Part shown: in pieces, positions 57,566 to 64,000 of the stretch
How the letters are laid out: every line of letters starts with the position of its first letter
How positions within the stretch are numbered: the first letter of the stretch is position 1
Program-made: the position numbers and the translations under genes
NCBI GenBank assembly: GCA_965369865.1
Contig: CBDURU010000004.1
Coordinates: 7,201-71,200 of the forward strand
Length of the DNA stretch: 64,000 bases
Origin: an uncultured bacterium
Lineage (GTDB): Bacteria > JAJVIF01 > JAPKYR01
Reading direction: 5' to 3'
Notes under the pieces: model-generated
Database searches by the model: none
Seen by the model: only the letters and a program-made list of their open reading frames with translations
What the model was told of the DNA's origin: nothing

Positions 57566-58557
57566 GAAGGTTACGGTTTCTGGTCCCGCTGTTTTTATTT
57601 ATTGTTTGCATCTCTGTTGCTTTTGCTAATGTTGTGAGCAGGCGCCAGGCTGTAAGGAGGATGTTCAATGATGCAGGCAGGGATGGGAATCCGGTATTAT
57701 TTTTCCAGAACAAGAACCAGTATCCAATCGAGAATTATTTGGCTTCGTTAGGCCACCGACCTATTAAGCTATTCACTAGAAGCATGGGACAATCTTTGTG
57801 GGTGCTATTTTTTTCATCAAATGGAGCCTTACATATGGTTAGTGAAATGCCAGTTATCGATACTTATGAGCACTGGACAATCAATTTTCCCGAAATCCAC
57901 TCAATCAGGGATGATGAATGGGGGTCAGACTTTTTATGGAGATTCCCTGATGCAGGTGTACCCCTTACCGGTTCAACCCACCAGCAAATTATCTCGGCTG
58001 GTTTAGACCACTATCGAATCCTAGATCTTGAAAGCGGTAAATACACATCCAGTGATTTTGTAAGTCCAAGACCGAGGTCGACATCTCAGTATAGCTTAGG
58101 TGAATCCAAGCTCAGTCCAGATGGTAGGTACATCATCACCCGGGCATTGTACTCCACAGATTTATGGAATATATGGAAATATGACATTCAGGAAGGTGTG
58201 TGGACTAATATTATCGAAGAACAGAACGGTTACATTCTAAATGTGGGTCCTGAAGCCAAAATTATAGGCCTTGGAAATTTCAGAACCAGCCCGGAATATA
58301 CAGTATTTTTCGATGGACTAACCGGGGAAGCCATTCACACAGTCCAGAACAGTACCACTTCATTTATTGGTGAAAGGTGGATTGTATGCCAGCCATACCC
58401 GAGAAAGAGTGATTTAATATTTATTGACATGGAAGATAACTGGAAGGAATACCGGATTACACTCCCAACCGATAACGTTTTAAGAATGGCTGTATACATA
58501 CCCCCGCCGGGCGGGATTGAGGAAATGCTTCGTATGCGTCAAGAAGCGCAGGAATGA
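57562..58557 (+). CDS. Secreted hypothetical protein, possibly beta-propeller (TolB/PD40-like)
   Basis: About 331 aa from the ATG at 57562, which is preceded by AGGAGG. The signal peptide is MRRLRFLVPLFLFIVCISVAFA. It is lower in GC than its neighbours. The listed ORF 57301-58557 has an unlikely N-terminal extension that overlaps the upstream gene. Confidence 0.45.
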   Translation: MRRLRFLVPLFLFIVCISVAFANVVSRRQAVRRMFNDAGRDGNPVLFFQNKNQYPIENYLASLGHRPIKLFTRSMGQSLWVLFFSSNGALHMVSEMPVIDTYEHWTINFPEIHSIRDDEWGSDFLWRFPDAGVPLTGSTHQQIISAGLDHYRILDLESGKYTSSDFVSPRPRSTSQYSLGESKLSPDGRYIITRALYSTDLWNIWKYDIQEGVWTNIIEEQNGYILNVGPEAKIIGLGNFRTSPEYTVFFDGLTGEAIHTVQNSTTSFIGERWIVCQPYPRKSDLIFIDMEDNWKEYRITLPTDNVLRMAVYIPPPGGIEEMLRMRQEAQE

Positions 58558-58584
58558 ACACTAACGAAATTCAGTTCCCATACT

Positions 58585-59223
58585 TTAAGAAATAAAATCG
58601 CAGCCTTTATCGCGGTTGTGGTTCGATGCAATACAGTTCACCAGGATTTCAATCGTTTCATCATCGCTGAATGGTTCAGGGATGATGCCCTCCGGTCTGA
58701 GCGCGGTGGTTATTCTGGCGGCAAGTCCGCGGCTGAGAATGCACCAGGCGCATTTGGTCGGGTCAGTATCCGGTTTAACCGTTCCGTCCTTGATCCCTCT
58801 TTCAATAAGGGTTTGGAGGAAATCGTTCAGCTTGACAAACCCATCCTGGACTAGTTCGCGGAGACTTTCATACCGCTCCGACGCGGCCATCCCATGCACA
58901 AGGAAGGCGTAGACATGGAGGTTCTCTTCCGGTCCGTAAACCATGGCTTTGACTGCACTCCGAAGCGCGGAAATACCATCCGGTTTAGCCTGTGCCGCTT
59001 TACGCAGAGAACCATCGATCAGTTCACCAAGACCCTTAACCACCTCGCGGAACAGGTCTTCCTTCCCTGAGAAATGTTTGTAGAGTAAGGCTTCGTTTAC
59101 CTTGCACGCTTCGGCAATTTCACGCACGCTGACCCCGTCATAACCATAAAGACTGAAATAACGACCAGCTTTCTGGAGAATATCCTGCCGCCTTTCCACT
59201 CGAGTTAGTTTCACGTTTGACAT
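58585..59223 (-). CDS. TetR-family transcriptional regulator
   Basis: 212 aa with an N-terminal HTH (ILQKAGRYFSLYGYDGVSVREIAEACKVNEALLYKHFSGKEDLF). Confidence 0.8.
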   Translation of the reverse strand: MSNVKLTRVERRQDILQKAGRYFSLYGYDGVSVREIAEACKVNEALLYKHFSGKEDLFREVVKGLGELIDGSLRKAAQAKPDGISALRSAVKAMVYGPEENLHVYAFLVHGMAASERYESLRELVQDGFVKLNDFLQTLIERGIKDGTVKPDTDPTKCAWCILSRGLAARITTALRPEGIIPEPFSDDETIEILVNCIASNHNRDKGCDFIS

Positions 59224-59312
59224 GGTCCCTCAATCCTGACTGACCAAAAATTGGGCCTCTTAAGATCAATATCCTATACCTATTGCAGCGTAAAGTCAAA
59301 GACAACGGATGT

Positions 59313-60743
59313 TTATATCCGGATAACCAGTACCCGTTCTTCTGTCATTTCATGCATCGTGCAACTGATTCCTTCCCGACCCTGCCCGGATTCCTTCGTC
59401 CCGCCGTATGGATAATTATCCACCCTGAATGTCGGGATTTCATTTGCTATCACCCCGCCAACCTCAAGCTCTTGGTACGCCTGCATGATCCGGTTGATAT
59501 CTTTCGTGAAAATCCCCGCCTGGAGCCCGAAAATTGAATCATTCACCAGTTCGAGTGCTTCACCATCCCAGTTTTGATATGGCATCACAATAATTACAGG
59601 ACCGAACAATTCGCCGGCATAAACCTTCGCATCGCGTGGGACATCGCTTAAAATCGTCGGACTTATTACTTGTCCATCTCTATTGCCCCTGAGTAACGCT
59701 TTTGCTCCCCCCTCAATTGCCTCTTCTATCCATGCCTCCACACGGTCGGCTTCCGAAGCGGTTATCATCGGACCGACAATCGTTTCTTCATCTGCCGGGT
59801 CGCCGGATTTGACTTGTTTCGACAGATCTATGAGCATTTTGACGAATGTATCGTAAATCGGCTCGTGGATGAATACTCTCTGGACACTGATACATATCTG
59901 CCCGGCATGAGCGAAACCCCCGAAAACGATTTTCTTAGCGGCATATTCAATATCCGCGTCCTCGTGGACAATCACACCCGCATTTCCACCGAGTTCCAGC
60001 GCGACACGTTTTTTCCCCGCGATTTTTTTCAGCTTCCATCCGACCTCCGCACTCCCGGTAAATGAAAGTATTTTCGCGCGGTCATCGGTAACCAGTTTCT
60101 CAAACGATGGGCCGGGGCAGGGGATAACATTTACTGAACCGGGTGGTAATCCCGCCTCGTGACAAACTTCCGCTAGTTTCAACGCCGTAAAGGGCGTTTC
60201 GCTCGATGGTTTGATAATCGTAGGGCATCCGACAGCGATCGCAGGCGCTAATTTATGCATGATCAGGTTCAATGGAAAATTGAACGGGCTGATCGCAAGC
60301 GCAGGGCCGAGCGGGACTCGTCCGACAAGCCCGGTATAATTTTCCATTCCGGGATGGATATCGAGAGCAAGCCAGTCGCCACCGAAACGTAAAGCCTCCT
60401 CCGCCGCGTACCTTGAAACCAACCGGCTTCGATTTACCTCCGCTTCGGCAAGCTTGATCGGTTTCCCGCCTTCACTACAGATCAGGCGGGCGAACTCATC
60501 CTCCCTTGCCGCGATTCCCTGAGATAAATTATGAAGGAGTTGCGACCGCTCGTGGCGTGCCATCGACTTAAAAGGCTTGAAAGAATCCACCGAACCCGCC
60601 ATTGCGCTTTCGAGCAGTTTGTCATCCGAAACCGGGCACTCCGCGATGGTCTCACCGTTGAATGGGTTTAATACCGGACGGTAATCTTTCGTCGCGATGA
60701 ATTCCCCGTTGACGTAACACTTGCCCTTTTCGATTTTTACCAT
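59313..60743 (-). CDS. NAD(P)-dependent aldehyde dehydrogenase
   Basis: 476 aa. It has the ALDH glutamate motif (ELGGNAG) and catalytic Cys (GQICIS). Confidence 0.85.
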   Translation of the reverse strand: MVKIEKGKCYVNGEFIATKDYRPVLNPFNGETIAECPVSDDKLLESAMAGSVDSFKPFKSMARHERSQLLHNLSQGIAAREDEFARLICSEGGKPIKLAEAEVNRSRLVSRYAAEEALRFGGDWLALDIHPGMENYTGLVGRVPLGPALAISPFNFPLNLIMHKLAPAIAVGCPTIIKPSSETPFTALKLAEVCHEAGLPPGSVNVIPCPGPSFEKLVTDDRAKILSFTGSAEVGWKLKKIAGKKRVALELGGNAGVIVHEDADIEYAAKKIVFGGFAHAGQICISVQRVFIHEPIYDTFVKMLIDLSKQVKSGDPADEETIVGPMITASEADRVEAWIEEAIEGGAKALLRGNRDGQVISPTILSDVPRDAKVYAGELFGPVIIVMPYQNWDGEALELVNDSIFGLQAGIFTKDINRIMQAYQELEVGGVIANEIPTFRVDNYPYGGTKESGQGREGISCTMHEMTEERVLVIRI

Positions 60744-60769
60744 GATGATTTACCCCTGTTTTTCTTACT

Positions 60770-61414
60770 TTATTGGATATCCAGCCTTAACCTGATTTCA
60801 TCCCTGACCGGGATTCCCGCGAATCCTTCCGGAGGTCCGCCATGCTGTCGCACAACCTCTTCAGTAATCACTTCTTCAATTACAAATCCGGCACGCTGGT
60901 AGAAATACAGCGCGGGAAGATTATCGTTCGTTGTCCCGAGTTTGATTGACGGGAGCTGAAGCTTCCTGCACTCTGTGATAACCGCATCTAGAAGTTTCCG
61001 TCCAACGCCGCGGTAGTGCCAGCCGGGCCAGACATTGAACACTACTATATGAAGGAAATCCTCATCCTCTTCGTATATTGAAACCTGCCCGGCGATACCG
61101 TGATAATTTTCATCCAGCGCACCCGGCTCATCGGGGAGCGGCACAGCGAGAATGTTCCGGCATTCAAACACGTTGTACATGCGGCCGAAAATATCCTGCT
61201 CGACTGAATTCCAGAAAAAATTATTGATGGCTTCAATCGCCTTCCTTTCGTCCTCATTCTCAGTTTCCACGAACCTTATCGTTCCCCGGAATCCTGCCTG
61301 CCTCGAAATTTCGTCGTGTCCCGCCGTTACGATAGACGCGTCGCCAAGCGTGAGCGGTTTTAAGGATAAGCCCGACCGGTAGAGGTGTCGATCGGTGATT
61401 CGTTCATCACTCAT
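60770..61414 (-). CDS. GNAT-family N-acetyltransferase
   Basis: 214 aa. The acetyl-CoA-binding motif A (YRGVGRKLLDAV) is present with C-terminal GNAT strands. It overlaps folP by 8 nt. Confidence 0.6.
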   Translation of the reverse strand: MSDERITDRHLYRSGLSLKPLTLGDASIVTAGHDEISRQAGFRGTIRFVETENEDERKAIEAINNFFWNSVEQDIFGRMYNVFECRNILAVPLPDEPGALDENYHGIAGQVSIYEEDEDFLHIVVFNVWPGWHYRGVGRKLLDAVITECRKLQLPSIKLGTTNDNLPALYFYQRAGFVIEEVITEEVVRQHGGPPEGFAGIPVRDEIRLRLDIQ

Positions 61415-62270
61415 GATTCGATCCAGTGTCGTTTAAAATTGAAAATGCAACCTCGATGGCTTCCCTGACAGCTTTGACATCATGCACCCTGAAAATCCTG
61501 GCGCCTGAATTTAACCCCATCACACATGCCCCGATCGTCCCATACAACCTGTCCGTTACATCATTTCCAAGGATTTCCCCGATAAAACGTTTCCGCGACG
61601 GACCTATCATTAATGGCCGTCCGTATTTCAACCACTCACCGCAACGCCTGAGAATTTCGAGATTATGCCCGAGCAGTTTTCCGAACCCGATACCGGGATC
61701 AAGGATAATATTTTCTTTAGGAATGCCCCTGCCGATCGCAAAATCCAGCCGCTCTTCGAAAAACTCACCGATTTCTCCGATGACATCGTCATAGTGCGGC
61801 TCCGCCTGCATAAGTTTCGGCCTTCCCTGCATATGCATCAGAACCACACCGAGATTTTCCCCGGCTATTAAATACGCCAGTTCGGGTTCATCATTGAGCG
61901 CGGATACATCATTTACTATCACAGCACCCGCACTTACAGCTTTACCCGCGACCTCGACCTTCCTTGTATCGATGGAGATCGGTGTCGTGACGCCCTTTCC
62001 CTTGATCCCTTCGATAACCGGAATCACACGGTCGATCTCTTCCTGGAGGAGCACCGGGTCACTTTCCGGACGTGTCGATTCCCCGCCGATATCGATAATG
62101 TCCGCGCCCTGTTTTACCAGGTCGACCGCGTGATCAATCGCATTTTCCGGATCGATAAATTCTCCGCCATCAAAAAAACTGTCGGGAGTTACATTTACTA
62201 TTCCCATTATTACCGGACGGGTGGTGTCGAGCGCATGTCCGCAAAATGTCCATCTACCGGGAATAGTCAT
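61407..62270 (-). CDS. folP: Dihydropteroate synthase
   Basis: 287 aa. The pterin-binding TIM barrel shows IMGIVNVTPDSFFDGG, DIIDIGGESTRP and DPGIGFGK. Confidence 0.85.
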   Translation of the reverse strand: MTIPGRWTFCGHALDTTRPVIMGIVNVTPDSFFDGGEFIDPENAIDHAVDLVKQGADIIDIGGESTRPESDPVLLQEEIDRVIPVIEGIKGKGVTTPISIDTRKVEVAGKAVSAGAVIVNDVSALNDEPELAYLIAGENLGVVLMHMQGRPKLMQAEPHYDDVIGEIGEFFEERLDFAIGRGIPKENIILDPGIGFGKLLGHNLEILRRCGEWLKYGRPLMIGPSRKRFIGEILGNDVTDRLYGTIGACVMGLNSGARIFRVHDVKAVREAIEVAFSILNDTGSNHE

Positions 62271-62309
62271 AATACGGGAAGTATATAAAAAAATTCCCGG
62301 AGAGCAAGG

Positions 62310-63008
62310 TCAACTCAATATTTCAAGACCCAGCAACCGGGAAATATTCTTCACTATCGAGTCCTCAACCTCACTAAATTCGACCGCATTCTCCGCAAGA
62401 TCGACGAGCCTTGTTACCGGGTTGTCCCCAATCCCGCATGGGACGATCAAATTAAAAAAATCGAGATCGACGTCCACATTGAACGCGAGGCCGTGCTTTG
62501 TGATTCCCCCCGATTTCACCGCCGCGCCGACCGCCCCTATTTTTCCCCGATCCGTCCAGCATCCCCGGTATCTTTCGCGCGTATAAGCCTGTACTCCATA
62601 TTCCGCGCAGGTTACTATCATTGTGTTTTCAAGCAGCCTGATATACTCGCCCGCTCTGAGTCCTAGCTCTTTCAATGCAAGGATCGGATAGGCAACCACC
62701 TGTCCGAGCCCGTGGAATGTTACATCCCCGCCACGGTCGATATCCCTGAGATCGATCCCGCGTTCGTTGTATTCCCCGGGTGTTAAAAGCAGGCTCTCGC
62801 TGTTTGTCGACCTCCCGCACGTGATCACCGGATCGTGTTCCAGCGAGAAAATTACCGGAAGTCCCGCGCCGGATTCCCTGTATGTTTCAATCGCTCTTTC
62901 CTGGAGAACAAGCGCGTCATCGAATGAAATTCGCCCGCACCTCTCATGCCTGATAAAAGAAACAGGCTTTAATGCCTGTTTTACGCGATCTCGATTAAGT
63001 TCATGCAT
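62310..63008 (-). CDS. lipB: Octanoyl-[ACP]:protein N-octanoyltransferase (lipoyl/octanoyl transferase)
   Basis: 232 aa. The LipB signature DRGGDVTFHGLGQ is present along with the conserved Lys region (KIGAVGAAVK). Confidence 0.85.
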   Translation of the reverse strand: MHELNRDRVKQALKPVSFIRHERCGRISFDDALVLQERAIETYRESGAGLPVIFSLEHDPVITCGRSTNSESLLLTPGEYNERGIDLRDIDRGGDVTFHGLGQVVAYPILALKELGLRAGEYIRLLENTMIVTCAEYGVQAYTRERYRGCWTDRGKIGAVGAAVKSGGITKHGLAFNVDVDLDFFNLIVPCGIGDNPVTRLVDLAENAVEFSEVEDSIVKNISRLLGLEILS

Positions 63009-63013
63009 GATTA

Positions 63014-63280
63014 CTAATCCTTATGGGATGACAGCGGCGCACCCTCGACCTCATACACTCCCTTGTCCTTCCTGACCAGCTTCGAGAATCCCTTTTCCTT
63101 GAGGCTTGATGACGACAGGTGGTCGATCGTGAAATTGGCCGTGGTAATTATCCGCTTCACTTTCCTGCCGCACTTCGGGCATTTCGAAAAGTGTTCGCTC
63201 CCGAATTCCTGGTGCACTTCGATTTCCTTCTTGCATCCCTTACCGGGCTTATTCATATGTTCGTAGACATAAACAGGCAT
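63014..63280 (-). CDS. FmdB-family zinc-ribbon small protein
   Basis: About 88 aa from the internal Met (MPVYVYEHM...CPKCG). The second CxxC is intact and the first is degenerate. The listed ORF extends to 63388. Confidence 0.45.
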   Translation of the reverse strand: MPVYVYEHMNKPGKGCKKEIEVHQEFGSEHFSKCPKCGRKVKRIITTANFTIDHLSSSSLKEKGFSKLVRKDKGVYEVEGAPLSSHKD

Positions 63281-63393
63281 CAGATGTAATTCTACAACCC
63301 AATTCCTGGAAGTACAACATTCATGGCCTGTTGAATACCCGCTCTGATGGTATACTGAATTGTCTCTACTGAACCCGATGGAGGACATCTGCT

Positions 63394-64000
63394 ATGATCC
63401 AATACTGGATTCGAATATCAATCCTGGCCGCAATTGTCTCGACCGCAATTCTGTTAGCGGGACCCATTCACGCTGAAACTGAACTGATGATCCTGGTAGA
63501 TGCGTCGGCAGAAATGGCTGCCATGGGTGAGCCGGGAACCAGCCATACGAAATTCGATGAAATTAAAAATGCAATTACTTCGATGCTCCAGGCACTTCCC
63601 GCCGACACTGCGGTTGGTTTGCGCGCTATGGGCAGCAGCCCTGCCGCGGACTGCTACAGCTCTTACCTCTATTATCCCATCGGGACCGGTCTCAGGGGAT
63701 TAATTCAGGACTACCTTGACTCGATTCACCCGTCCGGAAGCAGGGCGTTGCTCCAGGGAATTGAGGACGGGATCGGGGATTTCTCATTTGGTGAAATCGG
63801 CCAGGACAAAATGCTCCTGGTTATTACAGGCGGCGGCGATGCATGCGGTCGGGCGTTTGATACATTACAGGGGAACCTGGCTAATGAACCGTATCCGCCG
63901 CATGTTGTTATTTACGCGTGCAATCTCAATAGTGATGAGAGTGAAGAACTCGGTGAACTGGCGGCAATTACCGGTGGACGTTTGATTTCGGTTCCCTCAA
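63394..64000 (+). CDS. Secreted von Willebrand factor A (VWA)-like domain protein (partial; it runs off the window end)
   Basis: The ATG at 63394 is preceded by GGAGGA. The signal peptide is MIQYWIRISILAAIVSTAILLAGPIHA. A MIDAS-like ILVDASAEM is followed by LLVITGGGDAC. No stop codon occurs before the window end. Confidence 0.5.
   Translation, partial: MIQYWIRISILAAIVSTAILLAGPIHAETELMILVDASAEMAAMGEPGTSHTKFDEIKNAITSMLQALPADTAVGLRAMGSSPAADCYSSYLYYPIGTGLRGLIQDYLDSIHPSGSRALLQGIEDGIGDFSFGEIGQDKMLLVITGGGDACGRAFDTLQGNLANEPYPPHVVIYACNLNSDESEELGELAAITGGRLISVPS

Overview
This 64 kb window is a bacterial chromosomal segment, probably from an uncultivated lineage; no rRNA, tRNA or CRISPR is present. Gene density is high and the GC content is moderate, with several conspicuously AT-rich islands. 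Recognisable content by position:
- 213-3203: a secreted beta-propeller/PKD lipoprotein.
- 3444-12365: a minus-strand cluster. It reads thiE, a HicB-like small protein, UDP-glucose 6-dehydrogenase, GH57 branching enzyme, glgA, glgC, a small unknown protein and a membrane-anchored TPR-like protein.
- 12443-13843: a sigma-54-dependent (NtrC-type) response regulator.
- 14013-16450: an AT-rich island with an IS66-transposase C-terminal remnant followed by an overlapping type II restriction-modification pair (beta-class DNA methyltransferase plus a PD-(D/E)xK endonuclease candidate).
- 18635-20971: a K+-independent-type membrane H+-pyrophosphatase with a long leader and a terminator.
- 21275-29252: a translationally coupled addB/addA helicase-nuclease pair, followed by a convergent hflX.
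- 29303-31807: a cupin, a HutI-like amidohydrolase and a GT2 glycosyltransferase.
- 31921-35366: a strongly AT-rich two-gene island encoding a 220 aa and a 927 aa protein of no recognisable family, joined by a TAATG overlap. This is the best candidate for an undescribed system.
- 35401-38632: an exbB-exbD-tonB operon with palindromic repeats upstream, and an MFS (OxlT-like) transporter.
- 38808-39104: a MTH1187/YkoF-family protein.
- 39171-39985: a long structured intergenic region. It holds a 16 bp hairpin, an intrinsic terminator, a dispersed repeat also found at 3283-3440, and three perfect 50 bp tandem repeats abutting the alaS start.
- 39978-42632: alaS.
- 43148-47672: a small lipoprotein, an O-methyltransferase, a B12-binding radical-SAM protein and a pair of small 4-TM DMT/SMR-like proteins.
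- 47875-54039: a signalling module made of a REC-GAF-PP2C phosphatase, a lysine-rich Asp23-like protein, and a membrane HAMP-GAF-PP2C-HATPase_c fusion that carries phosphatase and kinase domains in one protein.
- 54149-55603: a LysA/ODC-fold PLP-decarboxylase homolog with apparent substitutions at catalytic motifs and a 60-70 aa insertion.
- 55689-58557: three unknown membrane or periplasmic proteins.
- 58585-63280: a minus-strand cluster of TetR, aldehyde dehydrogenase, GNAT, folP, lipB and an FmdB-like zinc ribbon.
- 63394 to the window edge: a partial secreted VWA-domain protein.
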